DNA of 64,000 nucleotides, taken from Eledone cirrhosa. Lineage: Eukaryota. Shown here piece by piece: positions 1 through 13,099 of this stretch; positions within the stretch are counted from its first letter, which is position 1, and every line of letters starts with the position of its first letter. The translations under genes and the position numbers were made by a program. The stretch is taken from assembly GCA_964016885.1 (NCBI GenBank), contig OZ024740.1:324756001-324820000 (forward strand), written 5' to 3'. Below the pieces are notes generated by a model that worked only from the letters and a program-made list of their open reading frames with translations, did no database searches and was not told the origin of the DNA.

Positions 1-24
1 TTAGCCTTCATATCATGTTCTCCT

Positions 25-93
25 GTTTTATCTGATGAAAACACAAATATTATTGCATGATGATGTTTGTTTTTGAAATGCGCATAATAAAAT
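25..93 (+). ncRNA. Type I hammerhead ribozyme motif, family A
   Basis: Stem I GTTTTAT(25-31)/ATAAAAT(87-93); core CTGATGA 32-38; long stem II 39-74; GAAA 75-78; palindromic minimal stem III ATGCGCAT; predicted cleavage after A86. Confidence 0.85.
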
Positions 94-128
94 ACATGGA
101 ACTCCTTTAACCATCTTTTGATCTTATA

Positions 129-159
129 TTATATATAAATATATATATATATATATATG

Positions 160-240
<81 letters not shown>
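129..240. repeat. (TA)n microsatellite, representative of dozens in the window
   Basis: Direct reading; similar tracts flank almost every element. Confidence 0.95.
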
Positions 241-246
<6 letters not shown>

Positions 247-378
247 GTGAGGTTTTTTTACAAAATGAAAAATAACCGAGGTGTCCTACACGAGTGAAAG
301 TATAAAGAAAAAAAGATGAAATCGAAAATGCAACTGGAGTCTTATTTAAAAATATATATATATATATTTATTTGGTTC

Positions 379-414
379 CTTTACCGGTTTCGCAGTTTTT
401 CTGCTTTTCAAAAG
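379..414 (-). ncRNA. Minimal hammerhead motif, family C (U3-A8 variant), in 3' pLTR
   Basis: Minus strand reads CTT-TTGAAAA-GCAG AAAAA CTGC-GAAA-CCGG-TA-AAG. Confidence 0.7.
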
Positions 415-1196
415 TAGAGTTGAGATGGTGGGTCTGTGGTTTTTCTCACATCTGGTTGGTCTTTGAATGTTACTTGTTTTATATGGAAAAAAGTGGCTCG
501 TAACGCCAGGTTTTTAGAGAAGTAATTTGATTGGTTGGTCAATAAGTATAATAAATTTCGCGCCAGTTCGCGTTACAAAGTTCTTCAAACAAGGGGGGGA
601 GGGGCTCAAGTTGCTTTTTCATATATGAGTGTTTGAATCTCTTTTTACTTAAAAAAGGAGGCTCACGAAGGCTTCTTTTTTTTTAAAATGCAATTTGATT
701 GGTTATAAATGAAATTATGACTGTCACCGGAACAAGTACCGCGCCCGTATTTGGGAATTTATTTTGTAGTCTTTTAGAGAATTTTATGACAAACAAAAGA
801 TAATGGTCAAGAGAAATGGGATGGGGAGAATTGTTCTGGTTCAGTGAATATGGCTAGTTCGCTGGGGTGTCAGAATTCAGACTTTCTATTGAAATAAAGA
901 AAGTAGACATATGTATGTTTATTTGTGTGCTTGTGTGTGTGTATAGGAAGATGATTCTATTTGTAGAAATGGGAGAGGGAGTTGTGTGTGTGTGTGTATA
1001 TGGGTGTTATGTGTGTGTGTGGGAGTATGTTAAGATGGAGAGAATATATATATTCTGTGTGTGTGTAGGAAAGTGATTCTATTAGTAGAAATAGGGGAGG
1101 GAGATGTGTGTGTGGGGGGGCGTTTATGTGTGTGTGTATGGGTGTTATGTGTGTGTGTGGGGGTATGGTTATCATGTTAAGATGAAGAGAATATAT

Positions 1197-1238
<42 letters not shown>

Positions 1239-3388
1239 GGAAAATGATTCCGTTAGTAGGAATATTTTTGAATGAACATATTTTCCTTATTCGTATTTGT
1301 TCTGTTGTATTGTCAGCGTAAACGTATGTTAAGGTTTATTTAGTTCGAGTTTTTATTTTCTAAAGTAGAAGGTGTTATGTGTGTGTGTATGTGTCTGTTT
1401 GGATGGTTAGCATGCTATGGTGTTGACATAATGTATATTAAACCATATTTAATGCTGGTCTTTATTTTTGAATAAACATATTTTCCTTATTTATTCGTAT
1501 TTGTTCTGTTGTATTGTCAGCGCAAAGGTAAAATCGGAAGACTTGGAATTTGGGTGAATTATTACTTGCGCAAATGTCTAGAGTGCGCTTAGTGGTATCT
1601 GTCTCGTGGCTGGATCTCGTAATTGTTGGCGATGAACTGTCATTCTATTTCTGAGTGTGAGTTTAGTTTGTCCTATATAATCTTCATTGCATCCTTTACA
1701 TTTAATGGCATAAATTAGATTTTTTGATGAGCAAGTGAAGTGATTTTTTACAGCAAAATTTTGTCCTGATTTAAATGTATACGTGTTGCCTTCAATGAGG
1801 TGAGTGCAGGTTTCACAATTAGAGCGACCACATTTTTTGACAGTTGGTTGTGGGTTTGTGGTAGGTAATTTGGCATTGGTGAGTAATGTTTTCAGTGATT
1901 TCGATTGTCTTTTGTTTTTGATTATTTTGTGTGTTTCAAGGGCTTTTTTCATTCTTGGGTCTTATTTCAGTAGTGGGATGTTCTTGTGAATAGTGTTGTA
2001 AGCTTCTGCATTTCTTGGGTTGTGTGTTGAGATATATTATAGAATATTGGACGTACCTTGAATTTGTTTCTGTTTTCGTAATTCATCAATGCCTATTGCT
2101 TTAGCCCTTTCTATTCCATTATTAATTAGTAATGGTGGGTACTGTCTTTCGAGTAGAATTTAATTTAATTCTTGAAGTCTTTTATTTCGCGTTTCATAAT
2201 TGGAAACAATTGTGCAAATTCTTCTTGCCAGGTTAAATGGAATATTGGTCTTCGTGTGCTTTGGATGGTTGGAGGTGAATAGCAGGTATTGTTTGGAATC
2301 TGTTGGTTTGTAGTGTATGTCAGTTTCAATATTTGTCTTTTTTTAAGATTAAGATGTCCAGAAATGGGAGTTGATCTTGGCTGTATTCCATTGTGAATTG
2401 GATGTGGTTATTGATGCAGTTTATTCAATTTTTGAAATCATTCAGTTGGTCGAGTGTGTGGGGGCCAAAGTATGAGACAATCATCCAAGTAGCGTTTCCA
2501 ATTCTCTGATAAATATTTCTGAAAGTTCAATCCGTATTTTCATTTGGAGTGTTCATAAATCTGGACTTCTAAGTATGCCATGACTAAGTTGACATAATTC
2601 GGAGCGGCTTTTGTACCCATCGCAGTCCCCGATATGTGCTTGTAAGTACTACCATCGAAATCAAAAAAGTTGTTCTGTAAGATAAATTTTAATCCCTCGG
2701 TGATGAAGCTTTTTTCTATTCTACTAGGTGGCTATGTGGTCAAAAAATTTGCCCAGACCTCTGCTTCTACCTTTTGTTGGGTTGTAGCTGCTTTTATTCC
2801 GTACAATTGATTGGTCGTTATTCTCCTTGTCAAAGAATTCCTCTGTGAGACGTAATTTTTTACAGAAGTATGAGATATTGTCATTTATCTCATTGAGGTT
2901 AGAGAATTGTGGTGTTGGTGTGAATTTCAGTCCTTTGGAGAGAATTTTTACTTGTTGGGCTGAGAGGTTTGTATTTGAAAGGTTGATTATTTTCGGTTTT
3001 TCAAAATCGGTTTGTGCCACCGGGTGTCGTGGATCCTGTAGCCTTGGTCTAAAAAATGATTTTTCTGGAATGTTTTTACAATGGTATTATTATATCTAGT
3101 GGCATTTCGCCTGTTTTGTGGTCTTGTATAGAAATTTCGGACGTATTGATGTCCGGTTTGTTGATATTCCGGGTTGCAGATTTTGTAAAAACAAGCTGAG
3201 CCCCCCCCCCCTTGTTTGAAGAACTATGTAACGCCAACTGGCGCGAAATTTATTATACTTATTGACCAACCAATCAAATTACTTCTCTAAAAACCTGGCG
3301 TTTCAGCCACTTTTTTCCGTATAAAACAAGTAACATACAAAGACCAACCAGATGTGAGAAAAACCACAGACCCTCCATCTCAACTCTA

Positions 3389-3424
3389 CTTTTGAAAAGC
3401 AGAAAAACTGCGAAACCGGTAAAG
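3389..3424 (+). ncRNA. Minimal hammerhead motif, family C, in inverted pLTR
   Basis: CTT 3389-91, TTGAAAA 3392-98, stem II GCAG/CTGC, GAAA 3412-15, palindromic ACCGGT, A3421, AAG. Confidence 0.7.
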
Positions 3425-3521
3425 GAACCAAATAAATATATATATATAATTTTAAAAATAAGACTCCGGTTGCATTTTCGATTTCATCTTATTTTCTTAT
3501 ATATATATATATATAGTTACG

Positions 3522-3702
3522 TTATTCCGGGTTGAATCGGAGGTAACCACAGTAAGTAAGGCACTCAATACATTGCAGAGTATAACAGTTTTAATATAGA
3601 TGAGATTCTACAGGACTAGAACTGTTTCATACTTTAGAAATCATCAGGAATCGCTGATGATTTCTAAAGAATGAAACAGTTCTAATCCTGTAGAATCTCA
3701 TC

Positions 3703-3705
<3 letters not shown>
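3522..3705. mobile_element. Family B hammerhead foldback (pLTR-derived)
   Basis: ~3596-3647 is the reverse complement of ~3654-3705; full motif on minus strand 3603-3652; 5'-truncated motif on plus strand 3654-3698. Confidence 0.75.
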
Positions 3706-3745
<40 letters not shown>

Positions 3746-3897
3746 CAAGGTTTAGCAAATAAGAATAAGTTTCAAAATAAATTTTTAAAAAATTAACTTT
3801 ACTTACTATGGTTACCTTTACTGAATCGGTTTCGAGTCACAAAAATAAACAGAGTCCATATATATATATATTTATATATATATATATATATATATTT

Positions 3898-6800
3898 CTA
3901 GCAGTTTAGCCCGGCGTTGCTCGGGTTTATTTATTTGCTATGAAAAGTTACATACAGGTAAACGTGGCTTGAAAGCGAATAAGCTTATCAATTAAGTGCA
4001 TAAAACAGTTGAACCGGTTATTGAAAGTTACGAACCAATTAGCATTTTGGACAATCAATGATGGGTTAATAATCTTCCAATAGCGAATTTAGCAGACCAA
4101 AGTTGCAAGATGGTGGCCCTGATGCCGCTGAGTGTCACATCTGTCCACCATGGGTGACTCTACCAGGAAATAGTTTTCCAGACGGCATAGCTCCAACACC
4201 TCCAACACCTGCACCAACATCTATAGCACCTCTTTGTTGACGATATTGCGTGTCATCCCTTGAGGAGTGTAAGCAAAAAGTGCATTCCTGCTCCCTACGT
4301 GGGAACAGGCAACATAAAGTTGACCATGGAGAAGCATGGCTCCCCCAAATGGATGCCCGCCACCGACAATGTTTGCCCTTGTGACTTGTTAATGGACATG
4401 GCAAAACATGGTCTCATCGGGAATTGGGATCGCCGGAAATCAAACGGGATATCTGACGCCGAGGGGAAAAGGTTCATCCTTGGAATGAAAACATTCTCCC
4501 CTCTCCGGCACCCCGTTACAAGAGTGGCCTCAATCAAGTGGGTCGTCATTGACTTGACGACCATGCGAGTACCATGCAAATGAGCACGCATATTTGTGCT
4601 CAGGTACAAAGTCTTCACCTGGGGCCACAACGTGGACGACTTAAGGCAGGAACGCACTTCATCAGCTATTGTCCCTTTTGGGATGACAGGCAGCGTTTGC
4701 CAAAATCCCCTGATAGCAGAAGGGTTACGCCACCCATAGGAGCCGTAGAATCCCTAATGTCTTTCAGGGTCTAGTCCAATGCCTCAAGGGCACCCTTGTG
4801 TGCCATTGTGCACTAATCCCAAACAATGAGGCAACATTTTTTGAGAACCAGAGCTTCGTGTGAACTCTTGCTGATATTGCATGATTGGTATCTCAGGTTT
4901 TACTAAATCCAAGGGGAGTTTAAAGGTTGAATGTGCTGTCCTGCCTCTTGGCAACAAAGTAGCAGCGATCCCGGATGATGCAAAGGCCAACGCAATTTTT
5001 TCTCCTGACGAACCTTAGCGGGATTCAATTTTGTTACAAAAGTTTTTCCGGTACCCCCAGGAGCATCGAGAAAGTAAATAGCCCCAATCTGATTTTGAAC
5101 CGCGTCAATGATAGTTAAATAAGCCAACCTTTGGTCCGACAGACGTTTGGGCTTATTTACCTCTAAATATTGGGAAAGAGATTCGATGTCATATGCTGTT
5201 TCCCGCAACAAATCCGGGGCCAACTTGTTAGCTTCATCTGTGACGGTTGACGCCAAGCCATACGTCGCCAACTCACTCCCACCCATGTCGAGGAGGGCGT
5301 CCTCGATATCAATGAGTGCCCTCCTGTAGATAATGCCGCTGTAAGCAACTTCCACTGAAGGATACTGCAGATGAGCCAGGCGCAGGAAATCCTGACATGA
5401 AGTCTCTGTACTTGACCCATAAATATTTGGCAACGAGTTCCCCTAGACCTTTAGGTGATTTCAACAAAGCACCCTCTGCTAAAGTGGGATCCCATTGCGA
5501 ATTATCTTCCAAAAGACCACGCTTAAAGCAGGCTTCCCGGTACGTATCACATATTTCTCCATCAACAGTTTTGAAGGTCCTGAATACTTTGTGGGCCTAC
5601 AACTTCATGCAGAAGATGGCGGAGATGAAAGCACTCATGCTGACTTGGGGGCACAGTGTAAACCCTTCCAAGACAGCTGTCAAATTTTACACCAGGATGT
5701 CTTTCAACAACCTGACCTGACTTTCTTCGCACCCAAGTGTTTTTCGACCATATAAAGTAGGATGTAACCTGGGAGTACACAATTGTTTGCGCAAATGTAT
5801 CGAACTGGCACAGTTTGAAGAAACCTGTCAGAGTGGTCTCTTTCGGATCGGCGACCAGCTTGGCGGCGGTTTGGTCCGTAAAGTTTGCCCATTTTCAAAA
5901 TGTACCGCACGCTGTACGATGGCGTTGCTGTAGGGGAAAACAAAATAGGCGCCAAAAAGCTTTATTGCTACTGATATACCGCCCCGCCAGGTATTCCGTG
6001 ACCTCATCAGAGCCCTTATTTACATATTTGCATGTGTATTTTATAGACTTGACGGAGTTGCAAAACTCAACGTTGATGTGGGCGTTGAACATCTTCAAGA
6101 GAAGCGGGCAGTAAGGGACCACCCATCGATTGTCGACTTGACCTCCCTTTACTGTTGTGGTGAATCCACCGTTCTTGGGCCTTCTCCGCCTGTACAGGGG
6201 GTACCCATCGCCACCAGTCTGAGTCTCGTCAACAAATATTTTTGGGTATCCCTTACTGCACGACCTCCCTTTCAGACACGGGCCGTGTTAGCTTTGACGA
6301 TGTCATGTAATTCCTGGTCAGTTGCTGGGTTAGGGATTTCAGCTGAAATGAAGCTGTCTATGGCATTTGAATTGATTTTATCAGCTAACCAAATCAAAAT
6401 GTGAGCATGTGGCAGCCCTCGTTTTTGCTATTCGACGGTGAACATGTCACATTTTACAGCTCCAAATACCTGACCTTTTTGATTAAAGCCATGAGTTTAG
6501 CCAGTTTCAGTCTGAACACTCTGGCAATGAGGTCATGTCTGTTCGAATAATTTTGCCCAGGAAAAAGTTCACGGGTTACATTCCGATTCATATGTCTATA
6601 GCATTAATCTGTTATATGAAGTGTTATTTTGCGGGTTGTTATTTGCAATAAGCCGATTGAAAATGCCCAGATAAGCCGTATGCCAATACGGAACGCTCCA
6701 CTGCAGTGTTGTCATATAGGGAGTGAAGAGCGATAGAGAGAGTAAAGCAGCTAAATTATAGAGAGGGGGAATACACGGAACGCTCCATTTGATCATATAT

Positions 6801-7366
6801 ATTGTTTCTCTCTCTGCAGTGTTGTCATATAGGGAGTGAAGAGCGACAGAGAGAGTAAAGCAGTTAAATTATAGAGAGGACGTTATTGTTACGTTTGTTG
6901 TTTTATAAATTCACCTGTTGTTTTTGAATATTTGTTATTTGATGTAAAATGTAAGTGTGTACCTAAACTCTAATTGAGACGGAGGCAGTAACCTTTTAAA
7001 GAGAGTTGCAGAGGAGATTGAGGGTAGTGAGAGGAATGAAGCGTGTAAGAGAGAGGGTTATCAACGTTTGTGTCGCGTTCCTTCAGAGACGGAGGCAGTA
7101 ACCTTTTAAAGAGAGTTGCAGAGGAGATTTAGGGTAGTGAGAGGAATGAACCGTATAAGAGAGAGGTTTACAGCATGTATTTAGTTTTCTCGATTTTTTT
7201 TCATAGAAGCACGACATTTTTGGCAAAAATAATTACGCGTTGACCTGCCCTGGTTAATTTGGAGCACATTGGAAAAAGAAATCATGAAAATCGGTAGAGA
7301 AATGTGGAAATTAATAAAAACCATACACACACACAGACAGACATCTACCGTTTTATTTTATAGAGA
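3898..7366 (-). mobile_element. Helitron with degenerate Rep/PIF1 helicase
   Basis: 5' TC at 7366 (TCTCTATAAAATAAAACGGTAGATG); 3' hairpin CCCGAGCAACGCCGGG then CTAG at 3898-3901; motifs FLDAPGGTGKTF, ASSGIAATLLPRGRTAHSTFKLP, QFPMRPCFAMSINKSQGQTL, HINVEFCNSVKSIKY, GLPHAHI; many frameshifts. Confidence 0.93.
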
Positions 7367-7409
7367 TATACAAGCGTATATACATATATATATACATATA
7401 TATATATAT

Positions 7410-8132
<723 letters not shown>

Positions 8133-8153
8133 CATACATACATATATATACAT

Positions 8154-8207
<54 letters not shown>

Positions 8208-8211
<4 letters not shown>

Positions 8212-8396
8212 AAAGAGATGAAATCGAAAATGCAACTGGAGTCTTATTTTTTTCAAAGGAACCAAATAAATATATATGTTTTAAAAAAAATAAAAACCCA
8301 GTTGCATTTTCGATTTCATCTCTTTTTCTTTATACTTTCACTCGTGTAGGACACCTCGGTTATTTTTCAATTTGTAAAAAAAACCTCACTTTCTAA
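8208..8396. mobile_element. Family C pLTR foldback fragment lacking the ribozyme core
   Basis: GATGAAATCGAAAATGCAACTGG and its reverse complement; same tail as 241-300. Confidence 0.75.
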
Positions 8397-8416
8397 TATA
8401 TATATATATATATATA

Positions 8417-8602
8417 ATTGTTTCTACTATAGGCACAAGGCCAGCAAATACCCAGTGCATTACTGGTACTTTATTTTATCGACCCCGTAAGGATGAAAGG
8501 CAAAGTCAACCTCGGCGGGATTTGAACTCAGATCGTAAAGGGACGTAACTATGGTGGAAAGCATGGCGTCCGACCCTCTACCGATACTGCCAATCCACCG
8601 CC
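8417..8602 (-). mobile_element. tRNA-derived SINE
   Basis: Minus strand A-box-like TGGCAGTATCGG and B-box GAGTTCAAATCC; core GCCTTTCATCCTTACGGGGTCGATAAAATAAAGTACCAG (resembles the MetaSINE core, from memory); about 10 copies in window. Confidence 0.85.
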
Positions 8603-8665
<63 letters not shown>

Positions 8666-8841
8666 CATAACTTTCTCCAGTGTCATTGAAATAAACGGTT
8701 GATTTTCAATTATTTACATATTCATTTGCATATTCACACATAAGTTCGAATAATCCCTAATATATTTCCACTATCCAGTGAATTTCCAACCGATAAGGTA
8801 TGATTTTCATGGGTACGTCTCTATTTATAAAACAAACTTTG

Positions 8842-8906
8842 TATTTTATCTGATGAAAGCGTACCAATGTTGTCTTGGTTGCCCTTGAAATATATATAAT
8901 AAAATA
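8842..8906 (+). ncRNA. Type I hammerhead motif, family A variant
   Basis: TATTTTAT-CTGATGA(8850-56)-stem II AAGCGTACCAA..TTGGTTGCCCTT-GAAA(8887-90)-TATATA-TA-ATAAAATA. Confidence 0.8.
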
Positions 8907-8943
8907 AATATGGTTTTATAAATATAGTTTCCATTTATTTAAT

Positions 8944-9003
<60 letters not shown>

Positions 9004-9290
9004 CATATACCCCCCCCCCCACACACACACGTATATATATATATCCAGTCTGTTCGCTTTTTGCGCGAAGATGCATTCGTGAACGCGGCGCGTAAAGCAA
9101 ATTCGTGTAATTCAAATATAATTTAAATGATAAATTAAAATAAAAATTTAAAATCACTCGCCTTAAAGCACATTATTCGTGCAAAGTGAATATTTAATAT
9201 TTTTTCAAGAGGTATAAAAGCGAATTCGCGTTCTTAAATGCAAACCAGTAGATTAGTTTGAGAAATACAAATTACCACCTAAGATCAACA

Positions 9291-9830
9291 TTTAACGTTG
9301 CTCTCTTAAACTTTATCGTCTGCTCAGAAAACCAGTCAAAGATTGATCTCTTGTACGCTATAGTCTGCTCAGAAAACCAGTTCAACGTTGCTCTCTTATA
9401 CGTTACCGTCTGCTTAGAAAACCAGTTCAACGTTGCTCTCTTATACGTTATCGTCTGCTCAGGAAAGCAGTTCAACGTTGCTCTCTTATACGTTATCGTC
9501 TGCTCAGAAAACCAGTTCAACGTTGCTCTCTTATAGTTATCGTCTGTTCAGAAAACCAGTTCAACGTTGCTCTCTTATACATTATCGTCTGCTCAGAAAA
9601 CCAGTTCAACGCTGCTCTCTTGTACGCTTTCATCTACTCAGAAAACCAGTTCAACATTGTTCCCTTGTACGTTACCGTCGGCTCAGGAAACAAGTAAAAC
9701 GTTGCTTTCATGAACGCTCTTCTTTACTTTGAAAACCAGTGCAACATAGATCTCTTGTACGTTATTGTCTGCTCAGAAAGCCAGTTCAACTTTGCTCTCT
9801 TATACGTTTCTTCTGCTCTGAAAACCAGGC
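9291..9830. repeat. 45-bp minisatellite, about 12 copies
   Basis: Unit TTCAACGTTGCTCTCTTATACGTTATCGTCTGCTCAGAAAACCAG starts at 9381, 9426, 9471, 9516. Confidence 0.92.
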
Positions 9831-10310
9831 CCAAATACATGCAAATATTTATTTTATCCATTCCTTTACACAGCATGCTTGAATTACCCTCATTTGAACG
9901 GTTTTTACGCAGGAAGAAGAACGTCGAAACATATTTCTACTTGGTCGCCTTCTTTCTTTTTGTTGGTTTGTTTATTCATTTATTTTTCTTTTATTTATGT
10001 TATTTATGATGTTTTACTTGTGTTTATTTTATAGGTTAATATTTCTATGACGTTCTTTTGTTTTTATGGCATTCTTTTAAAACTAATTTTTAACATGAGT
10101 ACATTGCTTGTACTGAATAATCGCTATAACGCACACGTTCGGCCGTCTGATCACCCACAAACACACCTGCTCACACGCACATCCACCCGTTCACACAGAC
10201 ATAGACACACACACACACACACACACGCTCGCCCGCAAAGACGCATTAACACACTTCTTTATAACACTGTCTGTAAAGGGTGTATACATACACGCACGTT
10301 TAAATAATCC

Positions 10311-10670
10311 ATGTTGTTGTTATTGTTGGTGTTGGTGTTGATAGAATTGGGTGTGTTGCTGCCGCCGTTGTTGTTCGTGTAATTGTTGAAGATGTTCTTC
10401 TAGTTGTTGTTGTTGTTGTTCCTGTACCTCCTGGTGTAGTTACTGTTATTGTTGCTGTGTTTGTCGTAGTTGTAATTACTGTTGTTGTTGTAGTTGTAGC
10501 TGTAGATGTCGTTATTGATGTAGTTGTTGTGTTTGTAGTTGCTGCTGTTGCTGTAGTTGTTGTTATTGCTGTCGTTGGTAGAGGAAGAGGTGCTGGTGGT
10601 GGTGTTCATTTCTTGGTACTTGTTGATATAGTCATTTTTGTGGTTGATGTTGTACTTGTTGATATATGAT
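10311..10670. repeat. Degenerate (GTT)n low-complexity tract
   Basis: Direct reading. Confidence 0.85.
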
Positions 10671-11753
10671 AGTTGAAGAAAGTGGATAAACGGAAATAGT
10701 ATGAAAGACCGTCGGTTCAACTGTGGCTGTAATACAAAGAACCAGTCTCGTCACACCTCGCGCCACGTTGAATCTTTCTAAGAATCGAAACGTCCTAAGG
10801 GGACATGTCTTTGTGAAAAACTCAGACTACTTACAATTGTTAATTTTACGAACAGGCTGCTCCGTTGATCAAACAAGTAGAACACTCAACGTCGACACAG
10901 AGGGAGGGCCACTCCATTCCATTTCATTCGAGACAGACAAGCCGCCACTACCGGTACTAAGGCGTTGGCTAGTCTTTATTTTGTATATGTATGTATGTGA
11001 GTGGGCACGCATTTTTTCCTCATGCCTGGTTGTGCCTTGTTTTGTGTTTGCATGTTAAAACGAGATAGGTGAAAGGCGAGTGGGTGGGGGGTGTAGTATG
11101 GTGTTTGTAGTGGTGGTTTGGGGTGCATTGGGGGTTTTGGTGTTTGGGGCAATTCGTGGTAAAGGTAGTGGGTAGCTAAAGAGTCCACAGGGAGGACAAA
11201 GGGATAAAAAAGCTTTATACGTGAAAAAAAGAGCTAATTTATTAAGAAACATATACTCGAAACATTATAGCCCTATCTTAGGTTTCAAGGCTTGGCATAG
11301 AAAACAAATGATGACAGTAAAGACTAGGATCAGAATGATTTGCAACTGCAATATCTATTCTTTTTTTCAAGCGTGAAAAACTAAATGTCTGATCCAAATT
11401 TCGGGATGAGATCCCGTCGAAAGAAAGAATATATATTTTTTAGAAAACTATTATCCAGCCTATAATCTAAAGGTCAATGTGCGTTATTATATGAGTGGAA
11501 CAGAAACATGAAAATGATATGTTTTGCTATGAGTGAACATTGTGTGGGGAGGTGTATATATATTTTCTAATGTACATGAGGTGCAAAGTGTTATTGTGTA
11601 CTGTCAGAATTAAGATGATTGTAGTATTTCTGTGTGTCAAAACTTTGATTCCGGACCCCTGTTATTCCTTTATAACAGTAAAGTACTTCTTGTGATGTAA
11701 GCAGACCTTGAAGACCTCTATATTGGAGTTCAGGTATTTGTTTGATGATTATG

Positions 11754-12037
11754 CAGGGCCTGATTTAATTGGGGACAAAGGGGGAAATTGCCTCAGGTCC
11801 CCAGCAGCAGGGGGCCCCACTAGCGATGCAATTTATTTGTCCTCAGCTGGACTTTTTAGTTTTAGGATGGTTAGATTAGAATTTTTGAATTTAATACCTG
11901 TATGTATAACATTTCAATTCCAATTACTTGCGCTAACCTAACTTTGATATGTAAAATTTGTGGGCTTGCTGTGTATTCTGAATATTATGTGTACGAGCCC
12001 CCCACCCCACGTACACACAAGATCTAAATCCAACCCG
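11754..12037. mobile_element. Possible hAT-type MITE remnant
   Basis: Starts CAGGGCCTGATTTA..GGGGCCCC; ends GAGCCCCC..TAAATCCAACCC; weak terminal inverted similarity. Confidence 0.35.
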
Positions 12038-13099
12038 CAATATATGGTCTGGAATTTTCCAGAATTCTCTACTTTATTGTATAGGGGATGCCTTTATCTT
12101 TGAATTGAATCGATTTGCAAGGACTATAGCACCTTTTATCTCTGGGAGTCTGAATGACGAGCCATATAAGTAGAATCGTTGTTTGAATCTGCCTTGCATC
12201 ATACCCACTTATCGTTCACTGCTCTCTGTTTAGATGGCGTTAACAGGTGTAATTTCAGATTCATTTACTATCAATTAATGTTACAATTCTATTGCAGAGG
12301 GTAGTCGTGATTTATCCTGTAAGAACTTTCTGGAGTTTATTCGCGTTTGTTTTTAGCAGTTATATTCAATTTCATAGGGGGGTGCAAGAATAACTAATCT
12401 TCACGGATTGCCTATTGCATATTTTGCTATACCTGTGCAGGGGAGGGGAATGTTTTTATTTCAGGTCTAAGAACTTCTTGCCTACGTTAGTCTTTATAAT
12501 TAGGGAGTAGGGGTGGTGGTGCACCAGATTATTTTTCTATCTCTATTTTTAGATCTGTTAAGAGGGGGTCGATGCTAGATATGTACTTAATCTTTTTTCT
12601 TTCTTTTTTTTTTTAACCCACTATCTAAAAGAACCTTTTTGCAGGAAGGTACTGCCTTATCAAATATCTCTTTAGAGGATGATAATATAGAAATCCTTTC
12701 AGCTAATACTTAGGACTAGATTTTTAAAAACAACAGTGAATCATTTTTAATATATTCAAATTTATCACAGGGTTTATGATATGGTTTATAACATTCTTTG
12801 GCTACATCTAAGTGATCTTAAGTTTTAGTTTATGACATGTTTCTATTAACTCCTTGCGGAAAATATCTAGGGTAAGGCTATCGCCATTGTTTCATAAAGA
12901 AAGACCATCACCTCGGTATAAACCAGCCAGATTGCATACATCAGCACTCTCACGCCACACCATTGAGACAGTAAATGAATCTTCTGGGTCAGCTTTTTCT
13001 AACCTATATGGATCGTTATTAAACAATAGGAGTTTTCGGGCGAACTTAAGAACGGTAACTAAAACTACGGGTTAACTCCTGATTAATAATGGCCTAAAA

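Larger units (their letters stand above)
241..3500 (-). mobile_element. Penelope-like retroelement (RT + GIY-YIG), degenerate and internally deleted, with inverted pseudo-LTRs
   Basis: N-terminal INLSNTNLS..ILSKGLKFTPTP (ORF 2724-3020); RT remnants GTAMGTKAAP and KRYLDD (~2480-2630); CxxxxCxxC linker and LIYAIKC..DYIGQT GIY-YIG motif (ORF 1578-1952); ~301-610 is the reverse complement of ~3195-3500; (TA)n on both sides. Confidence 0.9.

Noticed and set aside
1578-1952. Bacterial or homing GIY-YIG nuclease suggesting horizontal transfer
   Set aside because: Linked to Penelope-type RT motifs and pLTRs; ordinary retroelement domain
8417-8602. tRNA gene
   Set aside because: A and B boxes are present but there is no cloverleaf; it is a multi-copy SINE head
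9291-9830. CRISPR-like array
   Set aside because: Contiguous tandem units with no unique spacers, no cas genes, eukaryotic context
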